Shown: one piece after another, positions 27,701-41,650 of the stretch
Position numbering within the stretch: position 1 is the first letter of the stretch
Layout of the letters: each line of letters opens with the position of its first letter
NCBI GenBank assembly: GCA_964016885.1
Contig: OZ024741.1
Coordinates: 30,628,001 to 30,692,000 of the forward strand
Length of the DNA stretch: 64,000 nucleotides
Source: Eledone cirrhosa
Lineage: Eukaryota
Direction of reading: 5' to 3'
Program-made: the position numbers and the translations under genes
Notes under the pieces: generated by a model
Told to the model about the DNA's origin: nothing
What the model saw: the letters and a program-made list of their open reading frames with translations, nothing else
Database searches by the model: none

Positions 27701-30580
27701 GACAGGGGGAATCGTCAACAATTGTTGGTGGGGGGCTCTCAAAAGAGAGATTAGAGTAATGTCGATAGAGTTTAGCAAAGTAGCATTAGAGAAAAATAGA
27801 AAGGAGGGAGAGTTGGTAGATAAGTTAGACGAGGCTATTGGTAGTGGCATTGCAAATGTGTGCTAGCGGCCAGAATGGCATTAGACCATTTCTTCAATGC
27901 GAAACACGAAGGTTGCATTGTCAGAGCTAAGGCACGTGCTCTGAGAAACGAGGGAACCAAAGCTGTTCGATGGGCCCGCGTGGCAGAGGCGCAGCGTGGT
28001 TATAAAACCACCATTCGGTCTTTGACGGACCGAGACTGGCTCGAGCTGAGCGATTCCAAGAGGATGTGTGAGGCCTTTCGCCAACATTTTGCTCGGTTGT
28101 TCGGGGGAAGTAGCGGGTCAGAGATGGTGGCGGACTTCAGTCCCTACCTCGATGGCTTGCCGCAACTCTCGACGGCTGATGCTGGGCGCTGAGAAAGGCC
28201 AATTACTTCAGCCGAGGTTCAGGATGCCCTTGTAGGCTGCATGAGGCGCAAGTCACCCGGTGTGGATGGTCTGCCCTACGAGCTTTACGTAAATATGCCA
28301 GACTTGTTCTCCAATCACTCGAAGCCCTCTACTGCAACTGGCAGCAAAACGGGAGTATTACCAGTCTGTGAGCCGGGGCGTAGTGACGCTGATAAGGAAA
28401 GACGAGAATAAGAGGGACACATTAGACAATTTCAGGCCCATAACTCTGCTCAACACAGAGTTTAAGATTTTGGCCATGGTGTTAGCGAAGAGGTTGGCGC
28501 TTGTCGGGGATTTGGTTGGGGAGGCGCAAACATGCGCAATCCCAACCAGGTCCATACACGACAACCTCCACCTAATGCGATACATCATAGAGAGGGTAGG
28601 GTGTAAACCTGGCTTTGGTGGGGCTCTGATCAATTTAGATCAATCGAAACCATTCGATAGGGTCGACCATCGGTACCTGCAGGCTGTCCTCAAGGCGGCT
28701 GGCTTCGGCCCCGTCTTAAGAAAGTGGATCGCTGCAATGCACAGCGGCACCTGCACGATGGTCAAAATTAATGGCCACCTCTCGGAACCGTTTCAGGTCT
28801 CCCGATCGGTCCGTCAAGAGTGCCCTCTCTCCTCCCTTCTGTACGTATTGACTCTAGAGCCTTTACTGCGGAAGCTGGAGCTGTTGCAGGGCATCCCGCT
28901 CAAACCGGGACGCGGAAAGGCTGTGTCGGCTTATGCGGACGACATCACCGTGATGGTGTCGGACACCTCAGAAATCGAGGTGGTCGGCAACTTATTGGAG
29001 GAAGATGAAAGGTTGACGGGAGCAAAACTTAACCAGGAAAAGTCAGTAGGCTTGCAACTCGGCACCTGGATAGGCAAGTCCATGCCGTCCGACAGCGTCA
29101 TTAGGCGCTGGACGGACGGACTGGTAAAGTTTCTAGGGGTTTGGTTCGGGCCAGACCTCCAGGTGGACAAGAATTGGGATGAGGTGACGGGCAGGTTAGT
29201 CAGTCTCACCCAGAAATGGGCTGGGATGAAGCTATCACTGAAAGGTCGGGCGGAGGTGGCGAACGCGTACATCGCTTCCGTCATCTAATACCGTCTGACT
29301 GTCGTCCCTTGCCCCCGTTCGCGCCTCGTCATCTTGGAGCGGCTCCTCTTCAAATTCTTGTGGAGGGATCAGGTTCCGCTGATGAGGCGGTCCATCTTCT
29401 GCCAGCACCCTCTACGTGGAGGGCTGGACATGCCGTGGCTAATGATGCGCAGGCACGCTCTGAGGCTGCGGCATCTACAGATATTCTGCCTAAACGGTGA
29501 ACAGCTGTGGTCGCCGTTGTCAGACGGGCTTTTCCGCAGCTCGTTTCTTTGAGTGAGTTGCAGTCCTGGGTCAAGTAGAGACCGAGACTGGGTGACTGGC
29601 ATCTGGAATGTTGCCAGGAACTCACTGCCCTCTACCAGGCAGGAAATGCGGTCAGTGGAACTTCCACTCTCGAGTTCTATAGAGGATTAGTGGTGGGCAA
29701 GTGCGATGACGCACTCGGAGAGGCTCTGGAAGTCAACGAAGTCGAACTAACCAGTCTGTACCGGAGGACTTTCGAGCCGGGGACGATGGATAATTTCCAA
29801 AAATCCCTCGCTTGGCAGTGCTACCGGGGGGCACTGCCGGTTCGAGATAAACTCTACAGGCACCGAAGTGCTGTCAGACGGACCTGCCCGAGATGCGCGC
29901 AGAGCTACGAAACCGTTCTGCACGCACTCGTCCAGTGTCCGTGCATTACTGACTTGTGGAGTTATGTTGAACAGCTGTTGTCGCGTGTAGAACGGATCCG
30001 GCTACCGGCCGAGTCCATAGTGAAGATCGACCCGCCGCCTTCTTTTGGCCAGGAAGGGCAGGCAATTTTCTTCTGTCTGGTGGCAGTAGCGAAAGAGGTT
30101 GTATGGTGGACGAGGTTGAAAGGACTGAAGACAGACACTTTTCTCTTCGGCCAATCCCTCATCAACTTTTTCAAGTTACACTTGGAAAGGAAGGTGAGGG
30201 TGGAGAGAGAAGTGCTGCCCCCCCCCCCCCCGTACAATTGCTGAAAGGTGGGTGAATGTGGCGAGAGTGGCCCGTGTGAGTGGGCCTACTCTGGTCATGC
30301 TGCTGTAGGTAGATAAATTTGAAGAGGAGAGGGGTGCCCTTCCAAGGTGCTCTCGAAGCGTCGGGTCGTCAGGACTGGTGGGATTCCTGAGCGAACCCTA
30401 GGTGATCATCCCCCCATTGGGGAATTTTTTTCTTGTTGTAATTTTCTTGTTACTTTACTGTTACTTTGTTATTGTTACTTTGTTTATTTATATTGTTTAC
30501 TCGATTTTTCTGTAAGGCCCCACTGTCCAAGTCTTTTGTATTGTCCCCTATATGTCGGCCCTTGTGGCCAATAAATGAAA

Positions 30581-30617
<37 letters not shown>
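24753..30617 (+). mobile_element. Tx1/L1-clade LINE, probably full length, decayed (copy 2)
   Basis: ORF1 ATG 24958 (MAEPRPPAIC; knuckle CFVCGEKTHLRAFC). ORF2 ATG 26968: LNVRGL, VYAP, GDW, SDHK, RT 28368-29288 with YADD, zinc finger CPRC...HALVQC. Tail ggcccttgtggccaataaatgaaatc(att)n. Confidence 0.93.
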
Positions 30618-30621
<4 letters not shown>

Positions 30622-30627
30622 ATTATT

Positions 30628-33600
30628 GGCGACCTACGTAGTAAATCGTAGTATCAGTTTGTTATTTTCAGTTGTTTAAAATTGCCATTATTGGAAACTT
30701 TTTATTGTTAACTGTATATAACTGCACATAAATTGATTTCTGAAAAGGACACTCAAAAAGATTGGGACCTTGAGGCCAAAATTTAAACTTTTATAATATC
30801 AAACAAATAAAATTTCTTTGAAAAATCATGGCCGACTCACAGCTGAACCCAGTAGCTGAGAGCCTTCCTCACAAACTAACACCTCACACCGACACCACCA
30901 TTGTAAATATTACGACGTTTGCCAACACTAAAAATATAAGCAGTAGCAATATTTTAAATTTGTCTCAGGCAGACATTCATTTCCCGCCATTACCAATGAC
31001 TGCAGGTGCTGAAGCCGCCACCCCCACCACCACCACAGCGACTACAGAAACAAAAGAAAAAAATAAATTATCTCGTGATATCGAAACGAATTCAGCCAAA
31101 ATGAACTATTCCACACCGAACACCACTGACGCCACCACCACCACAACTGAAACTAAAATAACGATAACAACAATAGCAACAAGGAAATTAAGAAAACAAC
31201 CCTGTCTTTTGCCAGAGTAGCAAAAAAGTGCGAAGCATTCCAGGTAACTCAGGAGGAATTAGAAGACGCCAAAAAAATGGTAAAGAAAGATGGATACAGG
31301 GTCAGTCTCACCCCCCCCCCCCCCCACACACACACCTAAGAAAATGGAGCATCGGCGCCTATGCACCGTGTCTTATCGGACGATTAACATAAACTCGCGC
31401 CGAGTGGAACAAGCATCCGAGTCCGAAATCCAAACAGCTTTGGGCAAAAAACACCCACATCAGACGTGGGCAGAAATATGGAACCGTGGACGTGTTCTTT
31501 GAAACACCACAGGAGGCCAGAGAACACTCCATGGCCCCATTAAGAAGTGACGACTTCACACTCGTCCCAAGCTATTGTGGCCAGAGACTCGTGAAGATCA
31601 GGGTGACCCATGTTCCACCGGCCATCAAAATTCCCTGGCTAATGGCTGCCGTCCTCGCCCGCATCGAGGCCAACACCAAGATAATCGAAATAGCGAAAGA
31701 AAAGCAGGAGAACTGGTCCGGATCTGGGATGGAGATCCTGACCCTAGCGGACCAAAAAAGCATTGAGGAGATCCCAGAGGTAATAGACCTCACTGACGGC
31801 AGCCAACTCACCGTAATCGTCGAGGGCAGAAGGCCTAGGTGTGTCGTTTGTGGTGAAGGAACACACGTAAGGGCTTTCTGCCTCAGGATAAAAGGTTGAG
31901 GCCACCTCTCTTATCCACCCCAGTGACTCAACCATCAACACCTCCAGCAGCAGAAATGGCAGCAACAACTGTAGCAGCAACAACAGAAGCAACTGTAACA
32001 ACAACGACCCCAGCAACAGTAGCAAAACCAACACCACCACCACCCAACGCGCCAGAACTAACACCAGCGCCTACACCATCCACAACGCCACAACCAAAAC
32101 CAAAGCCTGTGGAGGATTTTCCACTCCCAGACCTATCGCAACTGGAGACAGATTGTGACGACGAGGAGTGGGAAACGGTATCATGAAAAAAGAAAAAAGA
32201 AAAAGAAACCAAAAAAGAAAAAAATCCCGTTCCTTCCCCCTCCAAAAACAAAATACAGAGGGAAACAAATAAACTATCAAACAAAAAAGTTAGGACAGCA
32301 AGCCAACATCCACACCAACATCACCAACCATATCACCACAAACACCAACACCATCACCATCATTAACCCCCAACACCACCATCAACAACACCTCAAAAGT
32401 CACCAACAAGCGAAACAGAAACAAACCCACAACAAACGCAAACAAAACCAAACAACCAAAACGATACACACTACACAGCAATACATTTGAACAAAAACCA
32501 ATTATTACACTACATCCAACACAACACCAGCATCACAGAAAAAGACTACACAACAACCCCAAAGTTCACAGCACCTCCACATATACAAATCACTCGCATC
32601 ACACAGAAAGCGTACACGACACTAAAACAAAAATTCCCCAAAGACATCGGTGACTTCCGACAAGCACTCTCCAGGAGGATTTATAAGGACATCCTTCCGG
32701 AGGAGGCACAAGCAGTGAAAAGGAGGGAGAAACCTCCTTCCTCTACGAGAAGTAAGGTAAGTGGTCTTTCCCATCTTTTCCACTCCATTTCAACATGATT
32801 TCACTCAGAATAGGAAGCATAAATGCGCGTGGCGTAGGGTCGTCATGGAAGCATGGCCACCTGCTCAACGATCTCAGGTCACTAAACATAGATGTAGTGG
32901 CCATCAGCGTGATCAGAATCTCCAAAGCATGCTTTCAGGCTCGTGGCCGTCTATTCCCCGATTGGAGCAGTGCGGCCTGATTTCTTCTGGCGTCTGGAGA
33001 CCTTTCTTGGAACGTCCCGTTCTTTAGTGTTAGTGGGTGACTGGAACGGGATCTTAGATGCACGCTGGGACTGTGTGGGATTAGCGGATAAGGAAAGAGG
33101 GTGCAAGAGCCTCACCAACCTGATCAGGCGTTTTGAACTGTCTGGCAGGTACTGATTGGATTTCCCGAATGTGTTAATGTGGACTTGGACAAATCGCATA
33201 TGGTCATCCGGATCATATCTAGATAGAGTATTTTGTAGGGAAATAGATAGGTCTAGCATAGGCTGTTCACAATTCAAGATAGTCAGCTACACGGATCACA
33301 AATTCGTGATCTGTGTGCTTGACGTAGATAGGCTTCATAGACGAGGACCCGGCTACTGGAAGCTAAACGCGCCCTTACAGGCGCGCAAGGTCTACAGAGA
33401 GCGGATTAGCGAACTAGTTAAGCGGACGTTGATGGGGGCCATCGTCAACAACAAGTGGTGGTTTACTCTGAAAAGAGCAATTAGAATAGGGTCCATTAGG
33501 TTTAGTAAGGCTTTAGCAATAGAGAAAAATAAAGCAGAGGGAGAATTAGTTAGAAAATTAGACTAGGCGCTTAGCAAAGGCATCGCGACCGACGTACTTG

Positions 33601-35473
33601 CGGCGAAATTGGCCCTTGACCAATTCTTCAATGCAAAGCACGAAGGCTGCGTTGTCAGAGCTAGGATGCGTGCTCTCAGACACGAGGGGACGAAAGCCGT
33701 TCAATGGGCCCGAGTGGCGGAGAGCGTCGTGGCAACAAAGCCACAATCCAGTCTTTGGTGGACCACGACGGGCGCATGCTACTCGATCCCGGGCTAATGT
33801 GTGAAGCGACACTTCGCACAGCTGTTCGGGGGCAGCGGCGCGCCGGATCGAGAGATGGACTTTAGTGTCTACATCGACGGACTGCTGCGGCTCTCGGCCA
33901 CTGAGGCGGAGCGTTGCGAAAAGCCGATAACAGCCGCTGAAGTACGGGAGGCAATGACTGGCTTTGGACGGCTGGTTTGGGCCCGTCTTCAGAGGCTGGA
34001 TCACTGCCATGCACAGCAACATCTGCTCTGTGGTGAGAGTGAACGGTCACCTTTCGGAATCGTTAAACATCATGCGCTCAGTCTGCCAAGGATATTTCCC
34101 TCTCGTCCCTCTTGTACGTATTGACCCTCAAGCCATTACTGCAGACACTGGAGACGCTGAGCGGGCTCCTGCGCGAACTAGGATGCGGAAGATCCGTGTC
34201 GGCAAATGCGGACGATATCACCGTAGTGGTGTCGAACGCCAAACACATCAAGGCGATCGGCACTACACTAAGAGAATACGCAGCGGTGACAGGTGCAATG
34301 ATCAACCAGAAAATGTCAGTGGGCTGCAGCTTGGCACCTGGAGAGGCAGGTCCATGCCGTCCAACAGCGTCGTCGGGTGCTGGACGGACGGACCGGTTAA
34401 ATTGGTAAGGGTCTGGTTCGGTCCGGACCTCCAGACGGACAAAAACTGGGACGAGGTTACGAGCAGGGTGGCTTCTCTCACCCAGAAATGGGCGGAGAGG
34501 AAGCTATCCATGAAAGGTCGAGCGGAGGTGGAATGTCTTCAGGCGCTCACAGCCCTCGACCAATCGGGCAATGTCATCGGTGGAAGCTCCACCTTGGCGT
34601 TCTATAGAGGATTAGTGCAGGGGAAGACAGACGACGTACTTGGGGAAACTCTAGGCGTCGACGAAAATCAACTAGCCAATGTCTTCGGAAGAACTTTCGG
34701 GCCGGGGCCTATGGACAACTTCCAGAAATCCCTGGCCTGGAAGTGCTACCGAGGAGCTTTGCCAGTTCGGGATAAACTCTACAGGCATAGAGGTGCTGTC
34801 AGCCGGACATGTCTGAGAAGCGCGCAGGGCGACGAAACCGTCCTGCACGCACCCGTCCAGTGTCCGAGCATTGCTAACTTGTGGGTTTATGTCGAACACC
34901 TGCTGTCGCGTGTAGGACGGATCCAGCTATCAGCTGAGTCCATCGTGAGGATTGCCCCGCCCTCTTCCTTTAGCTGGGAAGGGCAGGCAGTTTTTATCTG
35001 TCTGGTGGCCATGGCGAAAGAGATAGTATGGTGGATACGTTTGAAAGCCTGAAGAGGATCACTTACCTCTTCGGTGATGCCCTGATTAACTTTTTTAAAA
35101 TTTCATTTGAAAAAGGAAAATCAGGGTAGAGAGGGAAGTGCTCTCTTCCCAGCGTTTTGTTGAAAGATGGGTGAGAGAGGCAAGAATGCCCCGAGTGAAT
35201 GGACCTACTCTGAGTATGTGTCTGTAAATTAAAGGTGGAAAACTGGGAGAGGGCACTTGCCCTGGTGGTCAGGGCCACTGCGGCTTTTTAATGGGCTTTC
35301 TCCACAAATGTCCCTCCGAAGTCTCACCCCTATTGGGGAATTTTTCATTGTTATATTTTGTTACATCCTGTTTTTGTTTTTTACACGCAGAAATTCCCAT
35401 TTGTACCGTCCTGTATTCTCCTGTATTGTCCTTAATGTCTACTTTATGTAAACCCTTGTGGTTAATAAAGAAA

Positions 35474-35507
<34 letters not shown>
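30628..35507 (+). mobile_element. Tx1/L1-clade LINE with internal deletions (copy 3), head-to-tail with copy 2
   Basis: ORF1 ATG 30828 (knuckle CVVCGEGTHVRAFC). ORF2 ATG 32795 (INARG, GDWN, YLDRV, TDHK, NADD). (ATT)n tail at 35477-35507. Confidence 0.9.
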
Positions 35508-35622
35508 CCCGCCGAGGTTAACTTTACCTTTCATCCTTCCCGAGTCGATAGAATAAAGTACAAGTACTGCATTCGGTTATGGCTGGCCTTGTGCCAAAAG
35601 TAGAAACAATTATTATTATTAT

Positions 35623-35625
<3 letters not shown>
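35508..35625 (+). mobile_element. 5'-truncated main-family SINE directly after the LINE (ATT)n tail
   Basis: cccgccgaggttaac...gtagaaacaattatt. Confidence 0.85.
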
Positions 35626-35667
<42 letters not shown>

Positions 35668-35733
35668 GGTACCGGATGCTTAAAGCGTTTGCAAGCGTTA
35701 GGTCGTTTGAACACTCGTTGCTTACAGAGCAGA

Positions 35734-35819
<86 letters not shown>

Positions 35820-36136
35820 TCAACTGTTGCAGTTTCCGTCTCGCAAAATATCGCTTGCAAGGTATTGGTCAAGCAGTGGCTCAAGTATAAGAGACATACC
35901 GCATGCACGACGAAGTGGGAATTAAGCTGAAGTATATTGTTATGTAGCGAACTTATTTTCTTGTAAGCAATGCTTCAGCATCTCTCTGACTGTCCAAAAT
36001 ATGTAACCCATCTCCATTAAAATCAAAGTTGAAACTCCTTATGATCTCCCGAGATAGTTTGAGCCAATCAAAATTAATCTTTCCGCTACGGTCTTCTTCG
36101 TTATCTTCTTCCTCATTATAAAGGACGCTGATCATT

Positions 36137-36325
36137 GTGGATTGGCAGTATCGCTAGAGGGTCGGACGCCATACTTTGACGCACGACTTACGGTCCTTGC
36201 GATTCTGTGTTCAAATCCCGCCTTGGTTAACTTTTCCTTTCATCCTTACGGGGTCGATCAAATAGAGAACCAGTAATACAGTGGGTAATTGCTGGCCTTG
36301 TGCCTAAAGTAGAAGCAATTATTAT
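36137..36325 (+). mobile_element. Main-family SINE; a more diverged copy follows at about 36461-36670
   Basis: Matches 19174-19358. Confidence 0.85.
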
Positions 36326-37058
36326 CTTCATGAACATGATCATGACAATCATCATCATTATTATCATCATTATTGTTATTGTCACCTCCAATATCACCAG
36401 TCCCACCATCATCTCAATATCATTTAATAACATTTCTTCTTCTTCTTCTTCTTCTTCTTGTGGCCGTGGGATTAGCAATATCGTTTGAGCATCGAACAAA
36501 ATGTTTTGCGGTATATAGATCCTTCTTCTACCAACCCGCTTTCAAATACCCCATAGTTCAACTTTGCCTTCCATCCCTCTGATGTTGATAAAATAAAGGT
36601 CGAATCCCATACTGGAGTCAGTCAAATCGATTTTCTCTTTCCTTCAAATTGCTGGTCATGTGCCGAAATGAGGAAAAAATATATTATTTATTTTATTATT
36701 ATTTCCAAAATTAATATTCTACCAATACTTAAACAATTCAGGCATGATAAAACGAAACGAGGCGTCGTTTGCCTCAATTGTCGGAGCATAGCAAATGTTT
36801 TCGTAAACCTTTTTATTTCGGAATGGTGGGGGGTAAAACATCGAATTTCAATGGAATACCCCTAATATATACAGTAAGGCTGCGAAATCGCTGAATAATG
36901 CTAATTTCTTTTTCAAAGCTCTCATGTTCTAAATACATATAATCAGGTATGCAAACACTCAAATAAACAAACACATACACACAGACATATATATTTATGA
37001 AATATCTATAATAGGTAAAATTATGTTCGCATACATAATTCTCTCTCTCTCTCTCTCG

Positions 37059-37203
<145 letters not shown>

Positions 37204-37387
37204 TATATATATATATGTATGCGTGTTTCAGTGTAAAAGGAGAAAGTATTCAAAATATACAGTGAATATTTAAAGGGAAGTTCAAATAAAGAAGTAGGCA
37301 AAGAGGCAAACACACAACCACACATACATATATACATGAATATATAAATATATATTTACATATGTATAAATATATAGATATGTATTT

Positions 37388-37418
<31 letters not shown>

Positions 37419-37532
37419 AACATATTTTAACGGTCTGTTCTCCTGTATTTACTTCTACACGTATATATATATATAATATATATATATACAATGATATTAA
37501 ATAAATGGAAACTATATTTATAAAACCATATT

Positions 37533-37595
37533 TATTTTATTATATATATTTCAAGGGTACCAAGACATATTGGTACGCTTTCATCAAATAAAATA
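37533..37595 (-). ncRNA. Hammerhead-like motif (C3 replaced by T), same family as the 56099-56415 fold-back
   Basis: attttat-TTGATGA-aagcgtaccaatatgtcttggtaccctt-GAAA-tatata-TA-ataaaat. Confidence 0.6.
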
Positions 37596-37639
37596 CATTT
37601 ATATTTGTCGGACTTCCAACAAATTAAATACCCTTTCTA

Positions 37640-37696
<57 letters not shown>

Positions 37697-37705
<9 letters not shown>

Positions 37706-38098
37706 TAAACGGAATAGTAAATGCTGACAAATTGTTCACAGTTGAAAAATGGTTTAATTAGGAATAAAAGAGTATTAATAATGGTATGGGTTAGTATTCA
37801 GTTGTGGTTTTAAGTTTTTAAGTTTTTACCGGTTACGCATTTCTAAATGCTTTTCAAAAATAATTTTGAGATAGAGTGTCCGTGTTGTTTGCTCTGATCA
37901 GAGCAAACAACACGGACACTCTATCTCAAAATTATTTTTGAAAAGCATTTAGAAATGCGTAACCGGTAAAAACTTAAAAACTTAAAACCACAACTGAATA
38001 CTAACCCATACCATTATTAATACTCTTTTATTCCTAATTAAACCATTTTTCAACTGTGAACAATTTGTCAGCATTTTCTATTCCGTTTACCAATATAT
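37697..38098. repeat. Near-perfect ~400-bp spacerless palindrome with a hammerhead-like motif in each arm
   Basis: Centre gctctga|tcagagc at 37897/37898; I see only one mismatch between the arms. Motif 37935-37972: ttt-TTGAAAA-gcatttagaaatgc-GTAA-ccgg-TA-aaa. Confidence 0.9.
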
Positions 38099-38200
38099 AA
38101 TAACTTGTGTGTTACACCTCTATTCTTTTAACGATATATATATATATAAGAATTCTATATTTAAACATGATATTATTTACAGTAACAACAACAGCAATAC

Positions 38201-38391
38201 TAATAATTGTTTCTAGTTTTGGCACAAGGCCAGCAATTACCCAATGCATTAATGGTACTTTATTTTATCGATTTCGTAAGGATGAAAGACTTAGTTAACC
38301 TCGGCGGGATTTGAACTCAGATCATAAAGGGACGTAATTCTATGCTTCAAAGCATGGTGTCTGACTCTCAACCGATACTGCCAATCCACCA
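38201..38391 (-). mobile_element. Main-family SINE
   Basis: Reverse complement of the SINE consensus. Confidence 0.85.
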
Positions 38392-38401
38392 CTTTAATAA
38401 A

Positions 38402-39702
38402 AATAGTAATAATAATAATAATAATTTCGTTTATTGGCCTGAAGGGCCGACAGGTTGGGGACAATACAAAGACACGGACAGTGGGGGTTTACAATAATTG
38501 TTTCTATGTTAGGCACAAGGCCAGCAATTAACCAGTGTATTACTGGTACTTTATTTTATCGACCCCGTAAGGATGAAAGGCAAAGTTAACCTCGGCGGGA
38601 TTTGAACTCAAAACCAACTTAACAATGAAAGAATATAAAATAAGCTACGTATAAAAATGACATAATAAATTCTCCAATGTGGGGAGGGTGGTGAACCAAA
38701 CCCGGGTGATTCAGGTACCCCACATATCCTGAACAACCCGACACTTCTAGAACACCCGGGAAGGGCACCCATCTCCTCCTCAAATTAACCAGCCTATAGG
38801 CGCATGGTCAGAGTAGGCCCGCTCACCCACCCCATTCTCACCACATTAACCCTACTTTCAGCAAATGTACTGGGGAGTTGCACCTCTCTCTCCCGCCTCA
38901 CCTTCCTTTGCAAGTGAAATTTGAAAAAGATTATGAGGGATTGGCCGAAGAGAAAAGTGTCTGTCTTCAGTCTTTTCAACTTCGTCCACCATACAACTTC
39001 TTTCTCAACTACCACCAGACAGAAAAATTGCATCTGCAGCATATCTCTGGGAGGTCCGTCTGACAGCGCTTCCGTGCTTTAGAGTTTCTTTCGAACCGGC
39101 ACTGCCCCGAGGTAGCACTGCCTAGCGAGGGGTTTTGGGAAGTTATTGATCGTTCCCAGCTCGAAAGTTCTCTGGAACAGACTGGTCAGTTCGAGTTCCT
39201 CGACGCTCAGAGGCTCTTCGAGGGCGTCGTCGCACTTCCCACCACTAATCCTCTATAGAACTCGGGAGTGGAAGTTCAACTGACAACATTGCTCGCCTGG
39301 TAGAAGGCAGTGAGTGCCTGGCAACATTCCAGATGCCATTCACCCAGTCTCGGTCTCTTCTTGACCCAGGACTTCAGCTCAGTGAAAGAGACGAGCTGGC
39401 GAAAGGGCCATCTGACAAACCGCAACCACTCCTGTTCACCGTTTAGGGAGAATATCTGGAGCTGCCGCAACCTCAGCACATGTCTGCGCATCATTAACCA
39501 CGGCATGCCCTGCGCTCCGCGTAGATGGTGCTAAAAGCAGGTGGATCGCCTCTCCAACGGAACCTGTCCTCTCCAGAAGAAGTGGAAGAGCAGCAATTCC
39601 AGCTTGGCGAAGCGCAGACGGTGGTAGTAGATGACGGATGTGATGTATGCATTCACCACTTACGCCCGACCTTTCAGTGACAACTCCCTCGCAGCCCATT
39701 TC
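38402..39702 (-). mobile_element. 5'-truncated Tx1/L1-clade LINE (copy 4) with a SINE inserted in its 3' UTR (38493-38610)
   Basis: ORFs 38794-39042 and 39276-39506 match the ORF2 C-terminus of copy 2 (EVVWWTKLK, MPWLMMRRH). Tail ggcccttcaggccaataaacgaa(att)n. Confidence 0.88.
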
Positions 39703-39727
39703 ACACACACAGACACACACACACACA

Positions 39728-39796
<69 letters not shown>

Positions 39797-39829
39797 ACAT
39801 CAGCGCACAAATAAAGATATATATATATA

Positions 39830-40976
39830 TTTTCTATATTTCAATAGAAAGTATGAATTTTCACACCTCAGCACATCAGCCCTACTCACTGAACCAGAAC
39901 AATTCTCCCCATCTCTTTTTTCTTGACCATTATCTTTTGGTTGGCACAAAACTCTCTATGACAAATCATGTGACTGTGAAAACGGCTACAAAGATCCCCC
40001 AAATACGAACTTACGCAACATTTAATGTACTTATTCACGTGACACTCATAACCAATCAAATTACATTTATAAAAAAAACAACATTCTTGAGCCACTTTTC
40101 TCAGTGAAAATGATAATAAAGAATCCTCAAACAGGAACTGGCGCGAAAGTTGATGTGCTTATTCCCGTGACTGCATCAACCAACCAAATTTCACTCATAT
40201 ATGAATATACAATCTGAGCACCTCTTTTTTTAAAGGCAAATATAATAAGAACTTTGTAACGCGAACTGGCGTGAAATTTATTATACTTATTCACGTGAGA
40301 GTCATCAACCAACACAATTACCTTTCTAAAAAACCTAGTACTTCGAGCCACTTTTCCACATAAAACAGAAGTAACATCCGAACACCAACCAGATGCGAGA
40401 AAAATCACAAACCCTCCATCTCAATTCTACTTTTGAAAAGCATAAGAACTGTGAAACCGGTAAAGGAAACAAAAACATATTCTTAAAAAGACTCCAGTTG
40501 CATTTTCGATTTCATCTTTTCTACATATACTTTCACTGGCGTAGGACATCTGTTTTATTTTCATTTAAAAAAAAACCCTCATCTTCTTATATATATATAT
40601 TGGCCTGGCACTTGAACTAAAAGCCTGTTGAGAAAGTGACGTCATTATTCAATCATCTTACCCAAAGCTTAACACTATTTGTCTAAGCGGACAGTACTTG
40701 ATTTAGGAGTCGCAGAAACCCAAATGCTGGATTTTCACCAACCATCCAGGGGTCCGAGTAAATTTTTCAATCATATTTTATTTGTTTGACCCGAATTACT
40801 TGGTAGTTTCTATGGCTGTGCTGATAATGGTTTAACCATCGTCTCAGTCTGTTTGGCTTTTTAACCTATGTTGTAGCTCTGGTATCTTAGATTCTATTGA
40901 GCGCTTGCCACACAACTCGGAAGTTGTTTTTCGCTAATTTCCTATAGCCGAAATACGATTCTCGCTAATTTATATT

Positions 40977-41031
<55 letters not shown>

Positions 41032-41650
41032 ATATATATATATATATAAAGAAAAAAAGATGAAATCGAAAATGCAACTGGAGTCTTATTTAAAAAAAAA
41101 TATATATATTTATTTGGTTCCTTTACCGGTTTCGCAGTTCTGCTTTTCAAAAGTAGAGTTGAGATGGATGGTCTGTGGTTTTTCTCACATCTGGCTGGTC
41201 TTTGAATGTTACTTGTTTTATATGGAAAAAAGTGGCTCGAAACGCCAGGTTTTTAGAGAAGTAATTTGATTGGTGGTCAATAATTATAATAAATTTCGCG
41301 CCAGTTTGCGTTACAAAGTTCTTCAAACAGGAGGGGGGGGGGGGGCTAAGGTTGTTTTTTCATATATGAGTGTATGAATTTGTTTTTAATAAAAAAAAAA
41401 GGCTCACAAAGGCTTTTTTAAATAAACGTAATTTGATTGGTTACAAATGAAATTATGATTGTCACGTGAACAAGTTTTCATTGAATTCCACGCCCGTATT
41501 TGGAAATCTATTCTGTAGCCTTTTAAGAGAATTTTATGACAAGCAAAAGATAATGGTCAAGAGAAATGGGGTGGGAGGATTGTTCTGGTTCAGTGAATAT
41601 GGTTAGTTCGCTGGGGTGTCAGAATTCAGATTTTCTATTGAAATAAAGAA
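39830..41650. mobile_element. Old fold-back or long-TIR non-autonomous element (diverged ~600-700-bp inverted arms)
   Basis: 39830-40525 is the diverged reverse complement of 41050-41650 (e.g. gactccagttgcattttcgatttcatc / gatgaaatcgaaaatgcaactggagtc). Internal subrepeats carry ttattcacgtga. Confidence 0.75.
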
